Of a stretch of 64,000 bases of DNA, positions 1 to 9,541 are shown piece by piece (the stretch's first letter is position 1; every line of letters starts with the position of its first letter). The translations under genes and the position numbers were made by a program. The stretch is taken from contig CAYVAJ010000001.1 in the NCBI GenBank assembly GCA_964448725.1, forward strand, positions 135,525-199,524, written 5' to 3'. Under the pieces are notes generated by a model. It was not told the origin of the DNA. It was given only the letters and a program-made list of their open reading frames with translations, and made no database searches. The stretch comes from an uncultured Gammaproteobacteria bacterium (GTDB lineage Bacteria; Patescibacteriota; Microgenomatia; Levybacterales; GWA1-39-11).

Positions 1-1836
1 CTAAAAAGCAAAAGAATATAGGGATTTGGGAGTGGCAATATATATTGTTTTTGATGATTCATCAACGGTAAAATCAACAGCACTACTAAAAATATTCCAT
101 GAAAATTCTTGCTTGACCTCACCATTTTTACTGGTTATCAAAAGTCTTTGATTTGTTTTGTCTAATATATACACATAAGTATAGTCTTGAGCACTAAAAA
201 CTTGTGAGTTTTTACTCACAGATCCTTGTATTCCGGTGACGGTATATCCATCCTCTACTCCACGAGTAAATTTTTGTACTTTTCCCGAATCAAGGACAAC
301 ATAAATAGACCCATCAATACCCAGTGAGACTGGTGTGGTTTCAAGGGGATTTTCTAAATAGTTAGATGCACGATAGCTGCTTGGAGAGTATTTCTCAACC
401 ATTTTATCAGCACTATTAAGGATATATAAATTGCTCCCGAAAATATCAATTGATTTTCGTGCAGAATCAAGTTCAAACAACTCATCTTCAGACCCATTTC
501 CAAGATCTACTTCTTGGACACCAGTATCGGTAAGTAAATAGGCAAAGTCACGATTTGAAGTACTATCAATAATTGTTTTAGTTTCCAGATCGAATGAATC
601 CTTGATTTCTCCATCGTTTGTAAGAGTAACCAACGTATTTGCTTTATCTGTTACTATTAATGTTCCTCCTTTTACAGTAACAGTCTGGAGAGCATCTATT
701 TCTAAATCTTGTGCTGTTGCAACTTCCTCTCCGTTTTCAACCCGTACACCAGATGAAAATTGAGATAATTTAGTATCTACTTTTGCGAGTAAGGAAGTTA
801 CTGCTTTAATATTTTTATCATTGGGATATTGCTGGGCAGTTTTTGTGAGTAACTCTTTTGCTTTAGTAAATTTCTCGAGTGCTAATGGCCTGTTGATCGA
901 TTCAAGTGCAATTCCTTCTTCGTATTCAGCAGTTGCAGTGGATACTGTTTGCTCAATTGCTGCACTATTATCAGCAGATTGTTCTTGGTGAGAGCGGATA
1001 ATTATGCTACCCACTAATATGATGAGCAGGACGAGAATAAGCAAGCCAAGAAATAGTTTTTTACGAGATTGAAGAACTGAGATACCATTTTTTAGAGATG
1101 AAAGAGAGACTGCAGGGAGTGGTAATTTTTTTTGTTTTGGACTATCAGTGAGCAATTCTGTAACAGACTCATCAGAATAATCATTAGTTGTCTGCTCTTC
1201 TTCAATCGGTTCATCCTCTATAGAAGGAGTATCTGTAATAACTGTGGCTTCTGGATTAATGTATTGTAAAAGAATTGCTGCTTCTCCGCCAGTAGAATCT
1301 GCATGTAACAGAGGTGCAATATTTTCTGATAGTTCAGTAATGTTTGCTGTATGGAGGTAGGGATTGAGTACTGACGGGGTGAGTTTGTGTGCAAAATCAT
1401 CAGTCTGTATGATAATAATATCTCCATCTTGCAGTGGGCCGGTTACAGGAAGTACAGAATCTAGTTGTCCTTTTGCAATAATACCGAATTTCTCACCTCG
1501 TTTAATCGATACAGTTCCAGGTCCTGCAGTGATAATATACAGTGTGTCCTGATTATTGGTTACGAGAATCAGGGAGTGTTTTATGTTTGTTTCAACAGAG
1601 GCAATAGTATTTTCTACAGCTTTTTTTATACTTTCAATTGATTTTTCATCGAGAGAAAAATACTCGCGTTGTAATCTCTCAAGCATCTCTTTGCCTATTT
1701 GGGTTATTGGTTTTTCTCCTGTTTCCTCAACTGAGACGCTGAGTGTAACATAGAAATTTAATGTCGAGTATGCTTGTGACCACGATGTCTCTGTCGCGTT
1801 TGCGGCTAATTTTTCAATAAGAAATTGTGGATTCAT
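1..1836 (-). CDS. Partial CDS (C-terminus runs off the window start): membrane-anchored protein with N-terminal cytoplasmic domain, one TM segment and an extracytoplasmic beta-propeller-like repeat region
   Basis: 611-aa ORF open at position 1. Mid-protein hydrophobic segment LFLGLLILVLLIILVGSIII. C-terminal half shows repeated strand/turn pattern (YVYILD, IYIATP, LYILNS) typical of propeller repeats. No family assigned with certainty. Confidence 0.5.
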   Translation of the reverse strand: MNPQFLIEKLAANATETSWSQAYSTLNFYVTLSVSVEETGEKPITQIGKEMLERLQREYFSLDEKSIESIKKAVENTIASVETNIKHSLILVTNNQDTLYIITAGPGTVSIKRGEKFGIIAKGQLDSVLPVTGPLQDGDIIIIQTDDFAHKLTPSVLNPYLHTANITELSENIAPLLHADSTGGEAAILLQYINPEATVITDTPSIEDEPIEEEQTTNDYSDESVTELLTDSPKQKKLPLPAVSLSSLKNGISVLQSRKKLFLGLLILVLLIILVGSIIIRSHQEQSADNSAAIEQTVSTATAEYEEGIALESINRPLALEKFTKAKELLTKTAQQYPNDKNIKAVTSLLAKVDTKLSQFSSGVRVENGEEVATAQDLEIDALQTVTVKGGTLIVTDKANTLVTLTNDGEIKDSFDLETKTIIDSTSNRDFAYLLTDTGVQEVDLGNGSEDELFELDSARKSIDIFGSNLYILNSADKMVEKYSPSSYRASNYLENPLETTPVSLGIDGSIYVVLDSGKVQKFTRGVEDGYTVTGIQGSVSKNSQVFSAQDYTYVYILDKTNQRLLITSKNGEVKQEFSWNIFSSAVDFTVDESSKTIYIATPKSLYSFAF

Positions 1837-2075
1837 AGTGTGAGGCTCAGTATAGTATACCCAATAACCAGAACTGACGCTACTATATTTCCCATAGCGA
1901 TAAAACGTAAGACAGGAGAAAAGGAAATTTGGTCAACGTATCGAATAAGCGAGTTTATCTGTATATATAACATGAGTGAAAAAATACTATAAAGTACAGA
2001 GAATATAACAAGTACTGCTCGGTAAACGAGATCTTGTCCAGATAATATTGTATTTATGAGATCGATAGTTTCCAT
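1833..2075 (-). CDS. Small hydrophobic membrane protein, hypothetical
   Basis: 80-aa ORF with two hydrophobic stretches, stop/start overlap with flanking genes (operon-like packing). Confidence 0.4.
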   Translation of the reverse strand: METIDLINTILSGQDLVYRAVLVIFSVLYSIFSLMLYIQINSLIRYVDQISFSPVLRFIAMGNIVASVLVIGYTILSLTL

Positions 2076-2764
2076 TATTCTGATTTGTCTCTTGCCGCAT
2101 TTGCAAGTTGATTAATAATTTCTGCTACTTGAGATGGGTGTGAAACTTTATCAAATTCAAAGTTTGCCTCTACTGCTTCTGTCTGAATATTTACAGTTCC
2201 ATATCGAAAAACGGATTGAAGAATTCCTTTTTGCGTGTATGCCACATCTTCAACTGCTGCAATCTCAGTTTCAGCCACATTTTTTGACAAAATATTGTGC
2301 ATATCAATATCAACGAGTCGCTTATTGGTAATAAGTCCTACATGAAAATACCACTCAGCGAACTTAAGCAAACTATAGCCAAAAAGACTGAGATAATAGA
2401 GTAATAAAAAGCTTGTGGTGGTGAAAGGTGAGACCTGAATAAAAGAGAACGGTTGGGAAAAGATAGGAATGAGCAGAGGTACAAATAATAAGAAAATAAC
2501 CAGTAAAATCCAAGGAAGGTTTGTTATATGATGACGTCGTACGAGTATATGAATGGTCTCGTCTGGATCCTGACTGACAATAGTGACATTTTGAGGGTCA
2601 ATACAGAGTGATGAAAGGAAATTCAGCGAGTGACGTCTAATTTCTGGGTAGTGTGTATGAGGATGGTCATCAGATTTGCTTGAGGCAGAGTCTGAACGAG
2701 ATTCAGACGATGGAATAGCTGTCTTCTGTTGTAAAATAAACTCTCCTGATAAATTTTTGCTCAT
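2075..2764 (-). CDS. Membrane protein with bacterial PH (bPH_2, YdbS/YdbT-like) domain
   Basis: Two TM helices (LPWILLVIFLLFVPLLIPIF, FLLLYYLSLFGYSLL) followed by HVGLITNKRLVDIDMHNILSKNV..GILQSVFRYGTVNIQT, the bPH_2 pattern. Confidence 0.6.
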   Translation of the reverse strand: MSKNLSGEFILQQKTAIPSSESRSDSASSKSDDHPHTHYPEIRRHSLNFLSSLCIDPQNVTIVSQDPDETIHILVRRHHITNLPWILLVIFLLFVPLLIPIFSQPFSFIQVSPFTTTSFLLLYYLSLFGYSLLKFAEWYFHVGLITNKRLVDIDMHNILSKNVAETEIAAVEDVAYTQKGILQSVFRYGTVNIQTEAVEANFEFDKVSHPSQVAEIINQLANAARDKSE

Positions 2765-2766
2765 AA

Positions 2767-4479
2767 TTATTTTTTAGCTACATTAAAGAATGGATCTCCA
2801 TAGGTGCCTGGATACTGAGGAATTCTCAGTCTTCCTGGAGCACGAAGATTGAATGCTGTTCTAAAGTCTGCTCCAGAAATACTAACTCCATTTATTGTCA
2901 CACTATTTGTTACACCATTTCCTTGAGATATTGACACGCTTGTTGCCGATGAAATACCTTTGTCTCCTAATAAACTTCTCAGTTCATCCATGCTATACGG
3001 ATTTCCTCCCCAGCAGGACGTTGTAGTAGGGGTAATTCTACTCGTATCAATACCTGGGGTTTTTAATGCTATTGCTGCATTTACTATGTCTGCCATTTCT
3101 TGAGGAGATAACCAAGGATTTGATCTACCGCATGTATCTCCCTTCACACTGTATCCTTCTCTCCACCATATTTTTTCAAGCCAAGGAGAATTTCCAAGTC
3201 TTTCGTATGCTTTCTCAAGGAAACCAGGTCCACCACTCTTATCGGTTGTATCCCATCCTGAAGTTCTACTAAATCCTCCATGTGTTGAAGCGTATTGAGT
3301 AGATACAGGTTTGCCGCTGCCATCTACAAGTACCCATCCTTTAGTTTCATTTACCGCTTGTTCCCAAGCTCCTCCTTTTTTTTCATTTTTAAAAACTTGG
3401 CAACTTTCAGTAGTGCAGATAGAACCTTGGCCATTATCTGTATGTCTGACAGCGTAAGTACGAGCTGCAATTGCTTGTGCTTTCAATGCGTTTACATGCC
3501 AAGAGGAAGGTATCTCATAGATACCTTGGAGATATTGATCTTCAAATGGCATAGAACCATGTCCTTCAACGGTAATATTTTCCATGACACTATAGTCTTT
3601 TTTAAGAGTGGCGTTTGGGTAGTATGCTTTTAATATTTCTTCAACTGATTGTCCCGCTTCTGCTCTTCCTCTTGCACCATATTGGCTCATACCATTTCTG
3701 TGAGAGTATCCACCAAAAGAAAACACTGCAAAGTAACCGCTTGGCGCTGATTCTTGGAACCCCTTCGCAGAGGATAGATACTCGTCTGCAAGTTCTCCAC
3801 TTCCAAGAGTAAAGGTAAAGCTTCCTGATCTTGAGTTGATAATTTCTTGTTGTTTTGCGCTCAACGCAGCAATCTCACCACTCAATGATTGCTGATAATC
3901 TTTGGCGCCTGCAACGACTTTGTCAATTTCTGCTTTATCTTTTGCAAGCTTTGCTTTTAATACAGAGAGGCGTGACTCTTCGTGTTCGAGATCTCTCTTT
4001 GCTTGTTCAAGATCAGTGATTTTTAGCGCAATTGAAGTAATAAGAGCCTTATCCTGATTCGCATCTTTTTGCTGATAGGCAAGTAAGCGGGTAATTTGTG
4101 AAGCATCTGCACTCGATATAAAAACAAGCAAAGGAGAAAAGAGTGCATTTTTCATATAGAACTCTCGTACTGTTTTATCAAATACTTCCTTTTGACTACC
4201 AAGGTCACTATATCCTTTTGCTATATAATCTTTTTTTGATTCTATATCCTGTTCAATTGTGCGAATTTGAGACTCTATTCCACCGAGTTGATTTTTTATA
4301 CTTGTGGCTTGTGATTCAAGCGGAGTTGTCGCTTTTTTGGATGCTTCCAATGCTGTTTGTAGTTCGCTAATCTTTCTATTCAGTTCATCAAGCTCATCTG
4401 AATATACAGGAGTTGTAGTGAATGAGAAGGAAATTGCAAAAGCAATACAAATGAAAACTATGGCAATGATCTTTTTCAT
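2767..4479 (-). CDS. SpoIID/LytB-domain protein with N-terminal signal peptide and long coiled-coil (peptidoglycan remodelling)
   Basis: Signal peptide MKKIIAIVFICIAFAISF. Heptad-rich coiled coil aa 30-220. SpoIID/LytB signature NALKAQAIAARTYA and SQYGARG. Confidence 0.85.
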   Translation of the reverse strand: MKKIIAIVFICIAFAISFSFTTTPVYSDELDELNRKISELQTALEASKKATTPLESQATSIKNQLGGIESQIRTIEQDIESKKDYIAKGYSDLGSQKEVFDKTVREFYMKNALFSPLLVFISSADASQITRLLAYQQKDANQDKALITSIALKITDLEQAKRDLEHEESRLSVLKAKLAKDKAEIDKVVAGAKDYQQSLSGEIAALSAKQQEIINSRSGSFTFTLGSGELADEYLSSAKGFQESAPSGYFAVFSFGGYSHRNGMSQYGARGRAEAGQSVEEILKAYYPNATLKKDYSVMENITVEGHGSMPFEDQYLQGIYEIPSSWHVNALKAQAIAARTYAVRHTDNGQGSICTTESCQVFKNEKKGGAWEQAVNETKGWVLVDGSGKPVSTQYASTHGGFSRTSGWDTTDKSGGPGFLEKAYERLGNSPWLEKIWWREGYSVKGDTCGRSNPWLSPQEMADIVNAAIALKTPGIDTSRITPTTTSCWGGNPYSMDELRSLLGDKGISSATSVSISQGNGVTNSVTINGVSISGADFRTAFNLRAPGRLRIPQYPGTYGDPFFNVAKK

Positions 4480-4518
4480 ATGCAGTACCTATTATAACAA
4501 ATTGTTTTGTGCGTATTT

Positions 4519-5898
4519 TTACTCTGGTTTTGGAGAAGTGAGGCAGTTACGTTCTCTTGTTTCATAATTAGCACATATCTCATATTTTGCCGCGTTATCT
4601 AATAGGCTATATTCATATTCCTTACGTGTAAGCGGGTCAGTGGGAAGTGTTTTATCGTTTGGAAGCTCTATCTCTGCAAGTGAATTAGGATATGTGCTAT
4701 TAAATACTCGATGATAGAGAATTGCTCCTTGTATTGTCTCTAAATCTTCTTGCCTCTGAATATCTCTACCTTCAGGAGTTGTAAGGGCATTTTTTGGTGC
4801 GGAAAAAGATTCGTTGTTGTTCTCAAATCTGGAGGAGTTGCTTAAAGATACAAACACTACTGCTCCCATAAGCCCTGCTATTGCAATAACTGCTAAAACA
4901 GGAGTAAATGAAAGTAAAAGGCGCGATTTCTGTGAAGGTGTAAATACAATAGTTTCAGCAGTTCTTTTAAGGTGAGTATACAACACATAATGATAAAGCA
5001 AATAAATTGGTGTGAGTGCGACCATTATTAATAAAACAATGAGAGATACAATCACTTGTATGGAGTTACCGCTTGTTGTTTCAGAAAGAATTCGTATAAC
5101 AATATACATGATGAGGCTAAAGCTTTGAATCACAGCTAGCCTGCCTAGTACACTCCAGAAACGTTTTTTAACATATAATTTACTTTTGAGTAATGCAGAA
5201 GCTCCATTGATATTTTCTTCTGAGAATATATAGATAAAGAAGCCAAACCAGGTAATAAATACAATATACAACAGTGGAAATAATAAGCTGAGAATTAATA
5301 GAGAACTGAAGATAAGCTGAGTCCAGTAGAATTTTCTAACTCGGGAGAATGCCATTTTAAATGACGGTATAATTTTTCTTTTTTGACTGATTCCTCCTAT
5401 GAGATAAATAAACGTGAGCTGTACCCATGTTTGAATATATACAGAATAAACGATATATATGAGAACCAAACTCCCTAGTATGATCAATAATGGGATAGGG
5501 TTTTGGGAAAATGCAACAGCAAGATTTTGAGGAGAAAATACAAAGATTCCTGTTATGTTTAAGCCAAATACAATTGCTCCAAGGACAAGTACAAAAAGAA
5601 TAAGTGCAAATATAAAAACAAATGTTAATAAAAAGAGTGACCCTACAATTCGGATAAAGTTTTGCTGGTAAAGAGAGAGTGTCTCAGTGAATAATTGAGC
5701 AATGTTGGGTAATGGAAAAAGAGTTTGAGATACTCCCTGTGTTGAATTTGTTTGTCTTTTATATTCTGCAAAGGCTGCATTAATATATGATTCCTGATAT
5801 CCATTTTGAAGTAATGTTGTTTTAATTTGGTCTTCTGTATACCCTTGGATCAGTGAAGTATTAATATAATCGAGTATTTCCTGAGGAATTGAATCCAT
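4519..5898 (-). CDS. Polytopic membrane protein, hypothetical
   Basis: 459-aa ORF with at least 8 hydrophobic helices between a small N-terminal soluble domain and a C-terminal tail. No recognised motif. Confidence 0.55.
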   Translation of the reverse strand: MDSIPQEILDYINTSLIQGYTEDQIKTTLLQNGYQESYINAAFAEYKRQTNSTQGVSQTLFPLPNIAQLFTETLSLYQQNFIRIVGSLFLLTFVFIFALILFVLVLGAIVFGLNITGIFVFSPQNLAVAFSQNPIPLLIILGSLVLIYIVYSVYIQTWVQLTFIYLIGGISQKRKIIPSFKMAFSRVRKFYWTQLIFSSLLILSLLFPLLYIVFITWFGFFIYIFSEENINGASALLKSKLYVKKRFWSVLGRLAVIQSFSLIMYIVIRILSETTSGNSIQVIVSLIVLLIMVALTPIYLLYHYVLYTHLKRTAETIVFTPSQKSRLLLSFTPVLAVIAIAGLMGAVVFVSLSNSSRFENNNESFSAPKNALTTPEGRDIQRQEDLETIQGAILYHRVFNSTYPNSLAEIELPNDKTLPTDPLTRKEYEYSLLDNAAKYEICANYETRERNCLTSPKPE

Positions 5899-6027
5899 AC
5901 TTTATTTAATCAGAAAAGTACAAACCAAGCAATTTTTCTTGTACGCCTCTTACCCGTTTTTCAATAGATCTTTATAGATTATGCTTAGCATTACAGATGT
6001 ATGAGACGAAAGGTGGTGATAGTTCCT

Positions 6028-6108
6028 ATGCCATATATACTGGCATGGTTATTAGGAGTACCGTTAGGAATATTATTATTAATCTGGCTTGCTACTCAAA
6101 TACTGTAA
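6028..6108 (+). CDS. Unannotated 26-aa hydrophobic small ORF (MPYILAWLLGVPLGILLLIWLATQIL)
   Basis: ATG at 6028 preceded at optimal spacing by strong SD AAAGGTGGTGA. Single predicted TM helix. TAA stop at 6106. Sits in a 212-bp intergenic gap. Below the 60-aa cutoff of the ORF track. Confidence 0.3.
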   Translation: MPYILAWLLGVPLGILLLIWLATQIL

Positions 6109-6110
6109 GT

Positions 6111-6449
6111 TTAGTGACGTATAGTTATTCTTTCTCGCAGCTTTGAAGCGGCAAGTCGAAATGGTGTTGCTGGTACAATTGGGATAAGTGCTGCAAGAAA
6201 GGATATAATACGATCTAACGTATCGAGCTGCGGACCAAAAATCATTTTTCCTTTATATGCCTCATACAAGCTTATCGCATCCCCTATTCCATAAGGTCCT
6301 AGTCCAAAAGGGATAGATTCGATGAATGTCCGTAGGGCAATAACTCCATTAGACATTTTGTCGTAAGGGTTATAAGAAACTTTTTCTAAATTTATTGTTT
6401 TCATCTTAAAATACTTAGGTCGGTTTAGTATAAAAAAAGGATATGACAA
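6111..6449 (-). CDS. Hypothetical protein
   Basis: 112-aa ORF. Possible internal start MKTINLEK. No recognised motif. Confidence 0.4.
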   Translation of the reverse strand: MSYPFFILNRPKYFKMKTINLEKVSYNPYDKMSNGVIALRTFIESIPFGLGPYGIGDAISLYEAYKGKMIFGPQLDTLDRIISFLAALIPIVPATPFRLAASKLRERITIRH

Positions 6450-6480
6450 TTATGTAAGAATGTGTGTAGATTATAAAAAT

Positions 6481-6555
6481 GGGTGCGCCTGCTTGGGATC
6501 GAACCAAGGACATCTACTTTATAAGAGTAGTGCTCTACCACTGAGCTACAGGCGC
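6481..6555 (-). tRNA. tRNA with anticodon UAU (reads AUA; tRNA-Ile2 type), no encoded CCA
   Basis: Reverse complement folds by hand as GCGCCTG-TA-GCTC-AGTGGTA-GAGC-A-CTACT-CTTATAA-AGTAG-ATGTC-CTTGG-TTCGATC-CCAAG-CAGGCGC-A. Anticodon loop CTTATAA gives TAT at positions 34-36. Confidence 0.7.
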
Positions 6556-6621
6556 AGTATTACTTTTTATCTTCAGATAAAGTAGGGTAATTATACACAA
6601 ATTTTGTGTTGGTAAAAAGTT

Positions 6622-9024
6622 TTAAATTTTCCCTTTTTGCCGAGGATCATTTTGATTGCCATCACTATCGCCGAGTACCTCAAATAATCGTGATCTTTTT
6701 GCTATCTCAGCTTCAACTAATTCTACTGGCCGTCCGTATTTTAATCTAGACAGTTCTCTGATAAGCTCAGTGACCCGAGGATTTTCAAGTTTCTTTTCAG
6801 CCTCAATATCACGGGTTAAATCCAGTGAAAATGGAGGGACAGGTTCTTCATTAATTTGAGTTTTGACATATGCATGATAACGCTCTACGTTAATTAAATC
6901 ACCTTCAGTAATATTGGGCTGGAATTCGTGCTGTAAATAATTTGCATCAGTAACACCAACACGAAATGATACAATGGTGCCAACATTTCCAAAAATAGCA
7001 TTTTTAATATCTTCATCCATCTGTCCAATAAATTGATTTGCAACAGTTAAGTTAAGTCGATATTTTCGTGCCTCAGATAAAATAGTGGCAAAATCAGGTG
7101 TTGCAAAGTTTTGAAACTCATCAACATAGAGATAAAAATCTTTTCTCTGATCTTGAGGGATGTCTTGTCTACTCATGGCAGCACTTAATAATTTTGGTAC
7201 TAATAGAAGTCCTAAGAATGCAGAATTTTCCTCACCAATTTTTCCTTTGGCAAGTGAGACAAATAGAATCTTTTTATTATCCATAACATCGCGAAATGAA
7301 AAAGCACTTTCACTTTGTCCGATCATATTTCTCATCATCTTATTGGTTACAAATCGACCGAATTTGGAGACGATATAGTCAAGTACTTCTGATTTATGGA
7401 AATCACTGGTTTGTGCGATCTGATCAGTCCAGTAGCGCCGTACCATCGGATCATTTACTTTTGGCAGAAGTTCTTGTACAAAAGATGGATCAGTGAGGAT
7501 TCGTACAACTTCTATAAATGTATTTCCTTTCTCTGCCATAACAGTCAACATGGCATTACGTACTGCATGCTCAAAGCGAGGACCTATAATACCAGTTTGG
7601 TTCGGATCAAAGAGTTTTCCCATAAGACCAATTACTGAGGCAACAATAAAATGTTTTTGTTCTTCTGTTGCTGCTTCAAGCATGTTGAGCCCCATTGGTC
7701 GGGTAGTATCTGAAGGGTCAAATATAATGACATCTTCTGCTCTCTCAGGTGGAATAAGTGGCAAGATTTGATCAATCGTATCGTGTGGATCAATAAAACA
7801 AACACCTTCTCCATTTCGAATATCCTGTAAAATCATATCCTTTAAAAATTCAGATTTACCAACACCAGTTTTACCAATAATATACATGTGTCTACGTCTG
7901 TCACTGCGCTGGAGATAGATGGGTTTGGAAATTCCGCGGTAAATACTTTTTCCAACAAATAGCCCAGTTGTTGGTACATTTGCTGGAGCTGGAGCAAGAC
8001 GTGATTTCATCCAGTTAATACTCGGAGAGTCAACGCTTTTATTTGGAAAGTGAAAAATCGTTGCAAGCTCTTCTGTGTTGAGTACTGAGCCTGAACCCCA
8101 GAGTGGTAAGTGGCGGTAGATAAAATCAACCATGAAAAAGCCTTTGGTCCAGCGCATTGTGTCTTTAGTAAAAGAATTATAGCCGGAAAATTGGGTAAAG
8201 GCACTGACAATATTTCCAAGATGAGCGTCAGCTGATTCTTCAGTTGATGATACTGTAACAATTCTGATAAATGTCTGAAATGCGGCTTTTGTCATTTTCT
8301 GATCAACTGCTTCAAGTTCTTTTTGATCTACAGAATATTTTGCTGTTTCAGGATCAGCCTCTTGTTTCTTTGTGTTTGAGATATGTGCGCGTCCGCCTGA
8401 TTTCCAGGAAGAATCAGCAGGAGTAATTAGTATCTGAATTGCAGCAGCTTCGCCTTCTTGCATTTTGCCAAGTGTGCTGGCAAAAGTAGAGAGAGGATCA
8501 ACCGGAAGATCTTTATATGTGCGGATTGGCTTATATTCTGCCTCATCAAGCTTGAGAGATGCGTATGCAACTTTTCCTTCTGGATTATCAAAGATATTAT
8601 ATTCTTCTACCTCTTCAATTTGTGCATCTGGATATGAACCATGGATCTGCTTCTCAACCATATCAAGTAATTTTTTGGGAACACTGACATACATACGAAT
8701 GTCTTGGGGTTTTGCGACAATGTCAAATGTGATAGAATCTGGGACTTTGAAAAATTTTAGTCTTCCTTTTGCTGTTTTAAGACTGGCAAAACTGGCAAAC
8801 ATTTGCTCTGCTGCGTCAATTTTTATTTCATTATCTCGGGGTAGGCGGATCTCAAGATGCGCCATATTTAGTGCTTTTTCATGGCGAGTTTTATTCTTTT
8901 TCCAGAGACCATAGAGAAATGCCAAACCAGTAATAAGTGCAATACTTGCAGAAACAATAATAAACGCCAAAATTATTGCGATTAATGTGTCTACTACTGA
9001 TGTGATTAACGTGTCAGGCTGCAT
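6622..9024 (-). CDS. VirD4/TraD/TrwB-like type IV coupling-protein family ATPase (FtsK/HerA-superfamily P-loop), N-terminal TM anchor plus unusually long pre-ATPase domain
   Basis: N-terminal hydrophobic hairpin. Walker A YIIGKTGVGKSEF followed by CFIDPHDT...VIIFDPSDTTRPMGLNML, the layout of T4CPs. Walker B-like FYLYVDEFQNF. C-terminal RLKYGRP tail. Confidence 0.7.
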   Translation of the reverse strand: MQPDTLITSVVDTLIAIILAFIIVSASIALITGLAFLYGLWKKNKTRHEKALNMAHLEIRLPRDNEIKIDAAEQMFASFASLKTAKGRLKFFKVPDSITFDIVAKPQDIRMYVSVPKKLLDMVEKQIHGSYPDAQIEEVEEYNIFDNPEGKVAYASLKLDEAEYKPIRTYKDLPVDPLSTFASTLGKMQEGEAAAIQILITPADSSWKSGGRAHISNTKKQEADPETAKYSVDQKELEAVDQKMTKAAFQTFIRIVTVSSTEESADAHLGNIVSAFTQFSGYNSFTKDTMRWTKGFFMVDFIYRHLPLWGSGSVLNTEELATIFHFPNKSVDSPSINWMKSRLAPAPANVPTTGLFVGKSIYRGISKPIYLQRSDRRRHMYIIGKTGVGKSEFLKDMILQDIRNGEGVCFIDPHDTIDQILPLIPPERAEDVIIFDPSDTTRPMGLNMLEAATEEQKHFIVASVIGLMGKLFDPNQTGIIGPRFEHAVRNAMLTVMAEKGNTFIEVVRILTDPSFVQELLPKVNDPMVRRYWTDQIAQTSDFHKSEVLDYIVSKFGRFVTNKMMRNMIGQSESAFSFRDVMDNKKILFVSLAKGKIGEENSAFLGLLLVPKLLSAAMSRQDIPQDQRKDFYLYVDEFQNFATPDFATILSEARKYRLNLTVANQFIGQMDEDIKNAIFGNVGTIVSFRVGVTDANYLQHEFQPNITEGDLINVERYHAYVKTQINEEPVPPFSLDLTRDIEAEKKLENPRVTELIRELSRLKYGRPVELVEAEIAKRSRLFEVLGDSDGNQNDPRQKGKI

Positions 9025-9427
9025 CTTTATGTTCCTCCTTTACTTTATTTACTGATTTCACATCAGAACGATATGAATCATCTTTGCTGAAAGGATTTCT
9101 TGAAAAGACACTATCAATTATCCCGGCAAATGGTTCAAAGAGAAAATCTATTGGATTATGCTTTGATTTTATCTCTGTAGCTTCTAGTGAATTGGTGTTA
9201 TGCCTGGGAGGATATTCAATAGGTATGTCTCTGTTGAGATTTGGATTTGCGATATTTGCTTCACCTGCAGTTGTTACATTTAAATTATGTTGTTCATATA
9301 GTTTCTGCACATCATTATTTAATTCATCATCTAGATTATGTGGATGAACATATTCTTCTGTCTCTTTTTCTGGTGTATATGGTGTGTTTTCACCTGCAAG
9401 TTGTGGGTGTAATTTTTCTGGTTCCAT
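9014..9427 (-). CDS. Acidic hypothetical protein, translationally coupled to the coupling-protein-like gene
   Basis: 137-aa ORF overlapping the stop of the upstream gene by 11 nt. No motif. Confidence 0.45.
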   Translation of the reverse strand: MEPEKLHPQLAGENTPYTPEKETEEYVHPHNLDDELNNDVQKLYEQHNLNVTTAGEANIANPNLNRDIPIEYPPRHNTNSLEATEIKSKHNPIDFLFEPFAGIIDSVFSRNPFSKDDSYRSDVKSVNKVKEEHKDAA

Positions 9428-9499
9428 ATGTTCATAATACCATAAATAGGTACTCGAATAGCTATATTTGCATCACAAAAACGTCACAAGATACACAAA

Positions 9500-9528
9500 T
9501 TGCGCAAGCTTATCCTTTTGGGTATAAT
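9500..9528 (+). promoter_or_regulatory. Putative sigma70-type promoter of tRNA-Ser(GCU): TTGCGC-17 bp-TATAAT
   Basis: TATAAT at 9523-9528, 13 nt before the tRNA 5' end. TTGCGC 17 bp upstream. Confidence 0.4.
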
Positions 9529-9541
9529 GTGCTGTACCACT

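Noticed and set aside
1-1836. PP2C/SpoIIE-type phosphatase assignment for the N-terminal domain of the first ORF
   Set aside because: The expected PP2C metal-binding motifs (DGxGG, D..GD..N) are not recognisable by eye, so the domain is left unassigned.
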